Shown piece after piece: positions 1 through 42,285 of a stretch of DNA of 64,000 nt. Position 1 is the first letter of the stretch. The number at the start of each line of letters is the position of its first letter. The stretch lies in assembly GCF_009914755.1 (NCBI RefSeq), contig NC_060938.1; one strand, written 5' to 3'. The position numbers and the translations under genes are program-made. The DNA comes from the human T2T-CHM13v2.0 reference genome, Homo sapiens. The notes under the pieces were generated by a model. It worked only from the letters and a program-made list of their open reading frames with translations. It searched no databases and had not been told where the DNA came from.

Positions 1-426
1 GCCGTCCAAAATTTTTATTGCTGTTTGGGTAATATTCATTCTCAGTGGAGTTTGATGGTATCTGATATCGGAGTGTGATTCTGACTTACATGTTTGGAGT
101 GATTAGTGATGTGGAGAAACTTCTGTTTCACCTGTGAATCAGTTTCATGTCCTTTGCAGAGGTGGTTGTGTATATCCTTTGCATATTTTTAGCTCGTGTA
201 TTTTTTTTTAATCTTTTCCCCACTTAGTAGCTTTAGTGCTTGAATATGTTAGATAACAACCCTTTCCAAAATTATGATTTTCCACAGTTTTCCCCCAATC
301 ATCCTTTCCGCCAAGGTAGGATGCTTTCTCTTTGGGGTCATTGTTTTCTCCCACATGCGGAAGCTCTAAAGTGTTGGTCTCACAGGTTTATATTTGCTTT
401 TGTCAGCATGGATTTCTGTGTCTCAT

Positions 427-484
427 GAGAGAGAGAGAGAGAGAGTGAGAGAGAGAGAGAGAGAGAAAGTGAGAGAGAAAGAGA
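427..484. repeat. (GA)n microsatellite
   Basis: Read directly from the sequence. Confidence 0.95.
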
Positions 485-3461
485 TGGCAAAGTCATTGTA
501 TTTTCTATGGGTATTTTCCCCCTAAGTGAGAACATGTGGTATTTGGTTTTCTGTTCTTTCCTTAGTTTGCTTAGCATAGTGGCCTGCAGGTTCATCCTTC
601 TTGCTGCCGAGAGCATGAATTTGTTTAAGCTGTGTAGGATTTTGCAGTATCTATATACAACACTTTAAAACATCGAATCAACTGTTAAAGGGAACATAGG
701 TCAATTTTATTTTATTTTTTCTTGTGAATAGCACTACCAAGAACATACCCATGTCTGTGTCATTTTGAAAGAAGGGTTTATGATTTAGTTTCCTCTGTCT
801 AGATACCCAGTTATGCGATTGCCCATTTGGATGGTAGTTGTTAAGTTTTTTGAGGAACCTCCAAACCGCTTCTCATAGTGTGAGAACTAGTTTTTATTCC
901 CTCCAAGAGTGTAGCAGTGTTTGCTTTCCTCCGCTGCCTTGTCAGCATGTAAATGTTGGACTTTGGACAAATGGCCATTCTGACCGACGGGAGATGGTAT
1001 CTCAGTGTGTGTGTGAGTTGCATTTCTCTGATGATGAGTGATGTTGAGGGTTTTTTTTGTCTATTGGTCACTTGTACATCTTATTTTTACAAGAACGTCT
1101 TCATGTCTTTTACCCATTGTTTGATTGGCTTATTTGTCTTTCTGCCTCTTGATTTTTTTAAGGTCACGTTAGAGTCTGGCTATTAGGTCTTGGTCAGAAG
1201 CATAGTTTGGGAACATTTTCTCCCATCCTGTAGGCTATGTTTTTACTGTGCTGGTGATTTATTTTGCTGTCTGGCAGTGTTTTAGTTTCTTAGGCCCAAC
1301 TTGTCCATTTTGGTTTTTCTTGCCGTTGCTCTTAGGGACTAAGTTATTTAAATTCTTTACCAAAGCCCATGTTGAGAAAGGTATTTCCTAGTTTTTCTTG
1401 TAGGACTTGTATAGTTTGTAGTCTTCTGCTGAAATCTTTCATTCACCTTGAGTTAGTTTTTGCATCTTGTGAGAGGTAAGGCTGTAGTGCTGTTCATCTG
1501 CAAGTGGCTAGACACTATCCCAGTGCCATTCATTGCACAGTGAGCCCTTTCCACATCTGAATTTTGGTGTTTCAAAGGTCAGATGGTTGTGGGTATGTGG
1601 GGTTGCTTCTGGGTTTCCTATTCTGTCTAGGTGGAGGTGGGTCTGTAGCTTTTCTGTGAAATTTGAAATTGGAGAGTGTGGTCCATCTGACATCGTCTGA
1701 ATCTCCCAGCCTGGCTTTGGAGTTTCAGAGCATTTTGTGGTCCCATGGGAATTTTAGCATTCATTGTTTCTTCACATTGCTTTCAAAAAACAAAATCGAC
1801 CCCATCCTAAAGGTGTACAGGTAGGGGGTAGAGTGGAATATTTGGATCCATGCATGCATCACATAGTGATGAAATCAGGGTATATAGTGTCGTTTTTGGC
1901 CTTGTAGAGTGTTCCTGTCTTTGAGTTGAGGAGAGCCAGAACCCTTCTTTCTGGCTGTCTTGAAAACTATCCTCTGGTAAAGTTTTCTCTAGTCACCCTG
2001 CTGAGGAATAGAACAGCAGGTTTCCATTTCTCTTATGCAATGTGTCACTTTGTACCTGTTTCCTGTCCCCACCCATGCCCAGCCTTCTGTTCCAACCCTG
2101 GCAAGCACTATGGTGCTTTGTAGGTCTATGTGAGATTAAAGGGTCTTAGATTCCCCATGACTGAGGTAATGTGAGGTTTGTCTTTCTCTGCCTAGTGACA
2201 GACATTTAACATAATGTCCTCCAGGTTCCACAGTGTTGCCACAGATGACGTGATTTCAGTACCTGTGTATGGCTGAAAAGTGTTTGTTTGTGAATGGATA
2301 TTGCGGTTTCTGGATCTCATCCTCTGCAGGTGGACAGGTAGGTTGATTCCTTATCTTGGCTATTGCGACTGGTTCCAGAGTCAGCATGGGAAGGCAGATG
2401 TGTCTTCTGTGTACTGATGACATATGATTCCAGTGCACACCCTGCGGTAGCGTGGCTCGGTGAAATGGTCGTTGTATTTTTAGTTTTAAGAGGAGCCTCC
2501 AGGTGGCCTCTGTAGTGTGCGTACTAATTTACCTTGCCAACAGTTGTGGATAAGAGAGCTCCCCTCTCTGGAAATTCACAGCAGCATTTGTGGTTTCCCT
2601 TCTTTTAATATATATGAAGTTCTTTGTAATACTCTTTCCTTTGAGAGGGACACGATATCTGAGTCTTGTTCTGATTTTCATTTTTCTTATGATTAGTGAT
2701 ACTAACTAGGTGTTAACAAGTACATTTGTTTTCAGTGTTGTGTGTTCTTTGCAGAAAAGACTCTTTGGTTTCTTTGCCCAATTTTGGTTTGCTAATTACC
2801 TTCTCTTTTCTGCTGTTTTCTGCTAGTTAGTAGTGTTAGTTACTTACACCTTTTCCAAAAGTCTCCTTAGCTGTGTTTTCCCTGATATCTTTCTTATCAT
2901 CCTTTGGATGTTTGTTTCTTTTCATTCATTGTTTTCGTTCTTTCTTGCCCCCAAGCCATATAGTCTGATGAGTCTGATGCGTATTCAGGGGTGTGCAGTG
3001 TTGTGGTTTTCCACCACGTTGGTTACTGATGAAATAAAGGAAATTCACTAGCATACGAATCTGTTGTGAGTTTTGCTTGTTTGTTGTTTGTATTCTTTTC
3101 TTTCCTCCATATTTTTTCGTTTTCGTTTTTGCAAACTGTAAGCATAGATCCAGGTTGACCCAGGTATCTGCACACCATATACTTTCTTCTCAGAGAGTGA
3201 TAGTTTCAAGTTTTGGGTATAGGTCTTTCATTCATGTTGAATAGATGGTTGTGAATTTCACACAATAAGGACCCTATGTTGTTATTTTGCCTAGGGATAT
3301 CCAGTTCTCAGAACGCTGTATTGGACAGACTCTCCATTCCTGTGGTGACTTTTGCGGTTCTTTCTAAACATGTGCTTACGCTATATCAATTTGAATTTAC
3401 TCCTGGGCATCCTCATTGTGTCCGTTGGCCTGTGTTTCTCTGCTAATGCCTATCACAAATC

Positions 3462-3851
3462 ATCTGGGTAACTAAAGTTTTGGGAAGTAGTTTAAAGTGG
3501 AAGAGTGTTATGGCTCCACCGACTTTGTGTGTGTAGGAATCTGGGTAACTAAAGCTTTGGGAAGTAGGTTAAAGTGGAAGAGTGTGATGGTCCACTGACT
3601 TTGTATGTGTAGGAATCTGGGTAACTAAAGCTTTGGGAAGTAGTTTAAAGTGGAAGAGTGTGATGGCGCTCCACTGACTTTATGTGTGTAGGAATCTGGG
3701 TAACTAAAGCTTTGGGAAGTAGTTTAAAGTGGAAGAGTGTGATGGCGCTCCACTGACTTTGTGTGTGTAGGAATCTGGGTAACTAAAGCTTTGGGAAGTA
3801 GTTTAAAGTGGAAGAGTGTAATGGCGCTCCACCGACTTTATGTGTGTAGGA
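3462..3851. repeat. 76-79-bp minisatellite, 5 copies, within old L1 sequence
   Basis: atctgggtaactaaag at 3462, 3539, 3615, 3694 and 3773. Confidence 0.92.
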
Positions 3852-6800
3852 GCTGCTTTGGGAGTGCGGGGCACTTCGTTGTCCCACAGGACTTTCAGAA
3901 ATGTGATGTGATCCTATTTGAAAACAAAAATTTCACATGGTCTATGCTTTTACTTTAAGGGTGCAAGGGACCGTTTGACATATGGATCAGTGCTGTTGTG
4001 ATCAGATTACAGGAACTCGCGTCTTTGTTTCAGGCTACAGTGAGGATTTCTTGGTGGAGAGCGTACCCCGATCACCCCTTCACGCTATATCGAATATCAT
4101 GCTAGGGTATTGTTAAGCCTAGTCACCCTGCTAAGCCGTAGAACACCAGAATTCTTGCCATTCATCTGAGTGTCACTTTGTAGCTGTTTCCAAGCCTCCC
4201 CTCAGCCTCTGGTACGCACTGCTGACGTTGCTCCTCTATGAGATTCACTTCGTTAGATTCCACGTGCGTGAGATTGTGCTGTGTTTGTGTTTGTCCTCCT
4301 GTGCCTGGCTCATTTCCTTTAACTTAATGTCCTTCAGGTTTCTCCACCTTGCTGGAAGTGACCTGATATCCAGAAGTTTGATGGCTGAAGAGTATACCAT
4401 TGTGCTTGCGTCCTTCATTTCCTGCATTTCTTCCTCCATGGATGGACAGGTAGATTACCTCTATACCCTGGTTATTGTCCAGAGTACTTCATCAAACATG
4501 GGAAGGCAAATATCTCCTTAAGTTTCAAGTTTCCTTGGCTTTGCCGGTATACCCAATGTTGGGATGGCTAGAGGAACTGGTAGTTGTATTGTCGTTTCAG
4601 AAACCTCCTGCTGTCTCTCCCAGTGGATATACAAATTTGCATTCCTACCAATAGTGTGTGAGAGTTTCTCTGTCTGCAAATCTACACTGCCCTTATCTTC
4701 AAAAAGTTTTATTGCTGTTCCTGGTCATACTCGTTCTCTGGGGAGTTTGGCAGTATCTGAGTGTGGTTGGGATTTACATTTAGGGGATGATTACTGATGT
4801 GGAGAAACTTCTGTTACCTGCAAGTCTGTTTCAGGTCTTTTCAGAAATGCCTATGCCAGTCCTTTGGGCATTTTTAGTGTATGTATTGTTTTTTATGATT
4901 TTTTCCACTTAGGACCATTAGTTTCTTGAATATGTTAGATAAGAAGCCCTTCCAGATCCACAGTTTTCCATAATTTTCTCCCAGTCTGTGGGATGTCTTC
5001 TGTTGGGTTCACTGTTTTCTCTCCAGTGTTGAAGCTGTGTGAAGCTCTGAAGTTGTCCTTAGTCTCACGTGGTCACATGAGCTTTTGTTAGCGGTGATTT
5101 CTGTGTCCCTTTGAGAAGTAAAGCGAGATGGCAAAGCCATTGTATGGTCTACGGGTAGTTGATTCCTATGTGTTTTCTGTTTGTAGCTTAGGTTCACAGG
5201 TTCAAGTTTCCCCACAGTAGACACACACCCTATGCGTTTTCCTTGGAGGTTTTGGTTTCACAATTGCTCTTTGGTGTTCAGTGGATTTTGTGTCATTTTT
5301 TGTGTCTTGTGTAAGAGAAGGGTTTATTTCAGTCCTTTGCACATGAACCCCCCAGTTTGTTCAACCATTGTGCCTTTGGTGTGCTTTTGGGGGAAAAGCA
5401 AGAATCCCATGGATTCAGTGTTTATAATTGTGGGTTGATTATTTGGCTCCTTTGTTGTGTCCATTCGGTTATCTTTCTGTGTTCATGCCACTAATGGATG
5501 GATTGGGCCACTGTAGGCTTTTTCTTTTGTTTTGTGTGTTTTCTTGTATTTTTTTCCTTTTTTTCCATTTCCATTTCCAAAGCTGGGTTTTCTAAAATGA
5601 TAGCTACTTTTATTGTGATGGAGGGGTGTATGCCTGCAGGTTCATTTCACTACATGGCTATACAGCAGACTTTTGATGCTTGAGGTCCCAACTTACCCGT
5701 CACCCAGGCAGTGAACACAGCACCAGTTGGATCATTCTTCCTCCAAGGCTTCCTGTCTCCCTCCTTTTTCTGTCTGGTAGTACCCAACGTCTGTTGATTT
5801 CATCTTTATGTTCGTGTGTGTTCAGTGTTGAGTTTCTGCCTGTAAGTGAAAATCTGTGGTGTTTGGTCTTTTGTTCTTGCCTGAGTTCGCTTAGCAGAGT
5901 GGCCTGCAGTTCTATCTATGTTGCTGCTGAGGGCATGATTTTGTTTCTGTGTTTGATTTTCCTTGGTGGCTTCTTAGTATTCTGTGGTGTATAGGTATCA
6001 CATTTAAAAACACCTGATTTTCTGTTGGTGGGCATCTAGGTCAGGTCCACGTCTTTATTCCTGTGAGTAGCACTCCCATGAACATGCAAATGTGTGTGTC
6101 TTTTTGATAGACACATGTATTTTTCCCTGGGGTAGATACACAGGGTTGGATTGCTGGGTAGAAGGGTAGCTCTGCTTCCTTTCCCTCTTCGTTGTTGTTG
6201 TTGAGGAATCTTGAAACTGCTCTCCGCAGTGTGAGACCTAGTTTGCATTACCCCAAGAGTGTAGCTGTTTTCGCTTTTATGTACTGCTACACAAATATGT
6301 TTTGTGTTTGGACAAATGGCCATTCTGACTGGTGTGTGATGGCACTGGTACCTCATCTCTGATGATTAGTGATGTTGAGCATTTTCTCGTGTCTGTTGGT
6401 CTTTTTTAGGTCTTGTTTTGACTAGTGTGTTTGTATCATTTGCCCATTTTTTACTTGTGTTATTTTTCTGCTTCTTGATTTAGGTAAGGTCCTCTAGATT
6501 CTGGCTGTTAGAACTTGGTCAGATGCTTGGTTTGGGAACATTTTCTCCCATCATGTAGGCTATGTGTTTACTGTGTTGGCAATTGCTTTGCTGTGCAGCA
6601 GGTCCGTAGTTTCTTAGGCCAGACTTGTACTTTTTGTTTTTTCTTGCATTTCTTTTGGGTACTAAATTGTCTTAAGTGGTTTGCAAAAGCCTATGTTGAG
6701 AAAGGTGTTTAATAGGTTGTCTGTTAGGACTTTTATATTTGAAGTCTTCTATTTCAGTCTTTGGTTCATCTTGAGTTAATTTTCCATATGATGACAAGCA

Positions 6801-8498
6801 GGGCTGCAGTGTTAATTGTCCCGCACATGGCTAGTCATGTATCCCAGTGCCATTCATCGCATAGTGAGCCTTTTCTTTCTTATTTCTGTGGTTTTGTCAA
6901 AGGTCAGATGGTTGTACTTCTGCCAGGCTACTTCTGCATTTTCTAACTTGTCTAGGTGAAAGCTAGGTCATTTTTTTTCTGTTACGATCTATTCTGATTT
7001 CTTGGGTTCAAGAACAGATAAATAAATTTTAGAAACTGAAGAACCCACTTAGACATTCTCAAGGTTAGAAACCATCACCATCATCCTATTCTGTGATGCT
7101 ATGGACTTTATTGAGTTACATCTTTGCCCTTTTCCCTCAAGTCTCTCCTCTGGATTTATTTTGTGAAATTAGATTCTGAATCACATTTTGTTGCATAAAC
7201 TGTGCTTGAGCAAAAAAAAAATTTTTTTTTCTAAAAACATCCTTAGTATACATGGGGTGAAGAACAACAAACGTGTCTCCTCTTTCCACTAGTCACACCA
7301 TTACACTCCTTTCCAGCCTCTTTGCTGCTGCATATGGCCATTCAAATGAGCCCTGGCTAAGTACATGTCGATAGAAGTTAATGTTTGCTTCTTGCAAGCC
7401 TGGCCCGTGATTCTATGTTCTGATTTAGAACATTCTGATTTAGAACATAAAAAGGAAGTGAGACTTGCTGAATGAGACAGAGAAAGCACTCTTGAACGCT
7501 TCCTCTGACAAGCTCCGAGGCACACTAGTTGTCTTGCAGTGCTTTGGACAGCTACTCATTTGTTGGACAATAATTTCCCAACATGGGGACAACCCAGAAC
7601 ATTTTCCACGTTCATATTCTGCTTCAGTTGCTCATGGTTTTGGTCAAACCTAGACAGTGACTAATGCAGGAGACTCAGACCCCAGGCCAGCGTGGAGTCC
7701 TGTGGTTGAAGACAGGCTGGACCGTCAGAGGAAGAAAACAGCCATTTTTTCTGGATTTTCACTTTCTCTGTTTTCAGGAAACCTGAAGCCGGTTATGTTA
7801 TTCAGGCATGACTGAAAAGAGATTATTTTGAGTTGTTTTGGTGGCACCAAGAAATGTGCCAATGTGACGGCCAAAAAAGCAGAAAGACCAAGGCATTGAG
7901 TGTGGGAGAGCCACTGATGATGCTGGGTTTGGTAGGCTTTTCGAGATCTCCCAGCCCCAAAACAGCCAAGCAACTTTGTCCTGGGTTGTGAGTGGGCTCA
8001 GCCCCTGTGTACACCCATGCTTGGATTCTGGCACACATGGCACCCACAGGAGGCAACGCCCCCTCCAGGAGACCGGTTGGCAGGACCCTGTCTCCACACG
8101 TGAAGACAGCAGGCAGAACCCACACGTCCTCTACTTCTCCCAGTGCCAGTCACCCGTGGGGGTTCACGATGAGACCCACAGGTCCAACCTGCAGGCAGAG
8201 TTACCACCCCAGCCTGAGTCAAAGTGGACCTTTTTCTGCCAGAGGGGTCTGCTTTCCCATTGGCCAAAATGGCCTCAAATGACAGGGACAGAACAAGGCA
8301 CAAGTGCCCATTAGAGTGTCTGAGCCCACCTGCTGTCTGCTCCCACACATCTCCTGAGAGGTCCCAGCAGGCACCCAGGCCTGGGCCACAGCTTACCCCA
8401 CATTCAGAAGTGGATAGCACAGCTGCCCTGTGCAGGCCTCAGGGAGGAGAGGGAGAAAGAGAGATGACAAAAGCAAGACAGAAGAAATGCAGCAAAAG

Positions 8499-8531
8499 CA
8501 CACACACACACACACACACGCACACACACAC
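8499..8531. repeat. (CA)n microsatellite
   Basis: Read directly from the sequence. Confidence 0.9.
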
Positions 8532-8903
8532 TGACACTCATCTGGGGCAGGCCATCCTGTCACCATGACGAGCAGTGCAGGCAGCCGAGAGCCGGGCAGG
8601 AGGCGGTGCCGCTGTCCCCTGAGTTAGGGTCTGGATCCAGGGAAGAATATAGAGTCCATAGAGTCAAGGGCCACTGACCTCAGGACCTGCAGTTTGCAGG
8701 GAGGGGATGCTGTGAGAAGAACTGTTCCACGTCACAGCTAAATATGTCTGACTTCAAGAAAATATTTCAAACCAAAGTACATTTATGGAAGATTCTCGAT
8801 GATATAAAAAAAGCACAGTTTAGAAAATGTGAAAGCAATCACTGGACAGATTCATATATTTTCATCTAAATTTAGTTACAGAGTTTTTCTAAAACTGGGA
8901 TCA

Positions 8904-9197
8904 GGCCAGGTATGGTGGCTCAGGCCTGTAATCCTAGCACTTTGGGAGCCTGAGGCAGGAGGATCACTTGAGACTGGGAGTGGGAGACCAGCCTGGGCAA
9001 CATGGTGAGACCCCTTATCTCTACCAAAAATACAGAACTTGGCCAGTCATGGTAGCACGCCCCTGTAGTCCCAGCTACTCAGAAGGCTGAGGTGGGAGGA
9101 TTGCTTGAACCTGGGAGGTTGAGGCTGCAGTTAGACAAGATTGCACCACTGCATTCCAGCCTGGGTGACAGCCCGTCTCAAAAAATAATAACAATAA
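8904..9197 (+). mobile_element. Alu (AluJ-like)
   Basis: ggccaggtatggtggctcaggcctgtaatcc...ggaggatcacttgag; A-rich tail. Confidence 0.9.
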
Positions 9198-9229
9198 TTC
9201 CTGATTTTAATAACGATTCTGGAGTTGTG

Positions 9230-9520
9230 TAGGTTCTCACTCACGTGGGAGCTAAAGAAACTTGATCCCATGGACAAAGAGAATACAATGGCAGTACCAG
9301 AGGCCGGGAAGACTGGGTATGTGGAAGGGAGAATGAAGAGAAGTTGGCTATTGGGTACAAACCTACATTTAGAAGAAATAGGCTGTAATGTTTGACAGCA
9401 GGCTGTGGTGGCTAAGTAATATTATTATGTGTAAATATTCAAAGTAACCAAAATACACATTTTATGCATGTAACAAGTATTTGTATGTACCCTACAAAGA
9501 GGTAAAATATTATGTGTCAG
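9230..9520 (+). mobile_element. Old L1 3' end fragment
   Basis: gttctcactcacgtgggagctaaa...catgtaacaa...tgtaccc. Confidence 0.6.
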
Positions 9521-11239
9521 TAAGATGGAGAGGTTATGCCCAAGCCTCCAGAGAGGGGCTCCTTGGATCCACACAGCACATCTTGCCCACCTGCATCCAT
9601 TGCTGCACTATGCTCGTCATATCTGGGCCTTCATGTTCTGGTCCCCAAGGCAGGTGATGCTGACTCAGGTGGCCACACTGTGGACCTGGGTGTTGGTGGC
9701 CCAGAGGGTGGGTGCTAGAGGCTTCCTGCCCTTCTTGTTCCACTGGGACCAGATGGAGCCAGGCAGTGACAGGCTACCACCTTCTTGACCAGATCCTGGA
9801 ACACAGGAGTGTCTCACCTGGCCCCTCGTCATCCCAACTTAGCACCCAAAGTACCTTCGGGCCTGGACCATGGCTGGGCCGGAACTCAGGATGGTTAGGA
9901 TGCAGCTCAAGCCTTGTGGCATCTCTGGGTTCTCTGTCCACTGAGGGTGCCCTGGGACACAAAGCTGGTGGGAAGAGGTTGGCATTTCCCCAGCCTATCC
10001 TTACTCATGCCAAGCACCCCAGACTGTCCTTCCTGGTGCATTGCCCTGGTCACATTCCCCAGGGCAGCTCAGGGCTTTGTTTAGGGATTTCCCATAGTCA
10101 GGTGCCTGATAAGTGTTGAGATGTGCAAGGCCACGTGGGCAGATGGGTAGGTACTCTTTGTTGAGCACCCCCAGCAGGGCAGTCCCCCACCCAGGTGTCT
10201 ACCTGCTCCTGCTTGTGTTTGACTGTTACAGCACCTCATGCCAGGGCCACCAGCTCCCATCCCTCCTGTCAGGAAGGACACAGACAGCAAGCGTCTGGGG
10301 GTAAGGCATTTGCCAGGTGACACAGGTGGCGAGTGCCGGAGCTGGGATTTGAACCCGGATCATGGCACTCTGTATGGGGCAATGGAAGGTTTGAGGATGC
10401 CCATGTAGGAAGGAAGGGCAATGTGGCCCCACTGAGCCCAGCTGCTCCCTGTGAGCCTGGAGGAAATTGCTCAGCCCCCCAGCTGGGGGGAGAGTCCAGG
10501 AGGCCAGGCTTCCTCTTGCTTCCTGGCTCAGGGGATCACAGAGGAACAAGGAAATTTAGTGTGTGTGTCTTCTTTTTGTTTCATTCAAAATTTAATTTAG
10601 TATCAAGCAAGAGGAGCTTTAGCTTAACCCTGCATATCAGGCAAGATTTCACTTACAAAATAGTACCTTTTTTTTTTTTTGCACTTGTGATTGGCTTTTC
10701 CTCTACTTCTTTTGGTAAGAGCAGGTTGGTGTCCAGGCTCAGAATCCATTTTTCCTCCCACACCAAAGCACCTGTGGTTTGGGTGAAGCAGACTGGAGCC
10801 TGGCTGCATAAAGCTTTGCAGCAGGAGAGTCCTGGCAGGAGCGTTGAAGTGCCACTGCCCTGGTCCAGCTCAGAGGCCAGCACCAGGGAGGCTCAGTGTC
10901 TTTTTCTCAGGATCTGCACATGGGGTTGCCTTTCTGCATCTCCCCATCAGTGGTAGGTGCTCCTCCAAGCCCCCTCTTGCTGGCCTGGACACAGCGGCCT
11001 GCACCTTGACCCTATTGCATGCCAGTGGAGCAGAGCCCCCCAGGCCAGAAGCCCCACAGATGTTGGCCCTGGCTTGGACAGGCAGGGGGCACCGGGGCAG
11101 GAGCTGGCTGCGATCCTGTGGCCCCAAATGCCCCCTCGCTGATGGCCTCGTGTTCTGGGTGTGGAGCAAGGAGGAGCAGGTATCGAAGGCACCTCAGGCA
11201 GGTGCTGGGCTCGGTGGGCGTCTTGTGCTCCATGATTTT

Positions 11240-11484
11240 TTTTTTCAAATTTTATTATTATTATACTTTAAGTTTTAGGGTACATGTGCATAACGTGCAG
11301 GTTTGTTACATATGTATACATGTGCCATGTTGGTGTGCTGCACCCATTAACTCGTCATTTAGCATTAGGTATATCTCCTAATGCTATCCCTCCCCCCTCC
11401 CCCCACACAACAGTCCCCGGTGTGTGATGTTCCCCTTCCTGTGTCCGTGTGTTCTCGTTCCATTCCCACCTGTGAGTGAGAACA
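11240..11484 (-). mobile_element. 5'-truncated young L1PA 3' end with TSD
   Basis: T-tract + attatactttaagttttagggtacatgtgc; TSD tgctcc(a/g)tgatttt at 11226-11239 and 11485-11498; GAG rather than ACA at the Ta-diagnostic site. Confidence 0.92.
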
Positions 11485-11818
11485 TGCTCCGTGATTTTGA
11501 GGCCATTTGCAGCCAGCTCCGCCAGCCGGTGCTCTGAGCTGCAGCAGCGGCCATGCACAACAGCACCACCAGGAGTGTCCTGGGGGCTTTCTTCAGAGGA
11601 GGCTGTCAGCATCCTCAAGTTCCAGCCACTTAGCCCCAGTCCTGCTTCAAGAAGCTTTTTCTTTCACCAGAGGCTTCTCAATGGCCTGAAAGCTCGGCTG
11701 ACTCCCAGGAAGTTTGCCGGGAACACCAGGCTGTCAGTGACATTTGTGGTTCCAAGACTTATGCAGGTTGCACGCATCCGCAACTGTCTGTGCCACGTGT
11801 ACTGACACCACCAGAGAT

Positions 11819-11900
11819 GCGCACGCCGCACGCGCACGCCGCACGCGCACGCCGCACGCGCACGCCGCACGCGCACGCCGCACGCGCACGCCGCACGCGC
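11819..11900. repeat. 13-bp CpG-rich minisatellite (gcgcacgccgcac) about 6 copies
   Basis: Read directly from the sequence. Confidence 0.9.
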
Positions 11901-12620
11901 GGCAGTGGCTTGGCTGGCTTGTAACGGCTTGCACGTGCATGCCGCGCGCGCACGCCGCGCGCGCACGCCACACGCGTGGCAGTGGCTTGGCTGGCTTGTA
12001 AGGGCTTGCACGTGCATGCCGTGCGCGCACGCCGGACGCGTATAACGGTTTGGCTGGCCTGTAACTGCTTGCACGCGCATGCCGCACGTGCGTAATGGCT
12101 TGGCTGGCCTGTAATGGCTTGCACGCGCATGCTGCACGCGCGTTAACGGCTTGGCTGGTCTGTAACAGTCGGCATGCGCACACTGCACGTGCGTAACGGC
12201 TTGGCTGGCCTGTAGCGCTTGGCTTGGCTTTGCGTTCTTTGCTTGGCTTGGCATTTGTCGCTTGGATTGACATTTCTTCCTTGGACTGACGTTTTTTCTG
12301 TCACGTTACTTTGCTGGACTTGACCTTTTCTCTTCTGGGTTTGGCATTCCCTTGGGTGGGCCGGGTGTTTTCTTGGGGGGTGGGGTTGGCCCTTCCTGGG
12401 GTGGGCGTGGGGTCGCCCAGCGTGGGTGTGGGCTTTCCCCAGGTGGGTGTGGGTTTTCCCTGGGTGGGGTGGGCTGGGCTCCCCTGCTGGGGTTGGCAGG
12501 TTTTGGTCCGGACTTTTCTCTTCAAACAGATTAGAAACCCGGAGTTATCTGCCAGTTGGTGAAACTGGTTGGTAGACGCGATCTGCTGGCTACTACCGGC
12601 CTTCCCTGGCTGTTAAAAGC
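11819..12620 (+). promoter_or_regulatory. CpG-rich POTE promoter/5' region with tandem GCGCAC repeats and G-run cluster
   Basis: High CpG density directly upstream of the ATG; 13-bp unit gcgcacgccgcac about 6x; degenerate ggcttggctggcc units; multiple GGG runs at 12350-12495. Confidence 0.65.
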
Positions 12621-12622
12621 AG

Positions 12623-42285
<29,663 letters not shown>

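Larger units (their letters stand above)
1..6960 (-). mobile_element. Block of old, degenerate L1 (L1M/L1P-like) 3'/ORF2 fragments, internally duplicated
   Basis: Minus-strand ORF fragments such as LIIREMQLTHTLRYHLPSVRMAI; motifs aagtgagaacatgtggtatttggttttctg and gattagtgatgttgagcatttt. Confidence 0.75.

Noticed and set aside
10333-10956. 207-aa ORF
   Set aside because: GTG start, crosses a poly-T run, no recognisable domain
11664-12273. Arg/Ala/Cys-rich ORFs (RARAACACGV repeats)
   Set aside because: Translation of the stop-free 13-bp minisatellite
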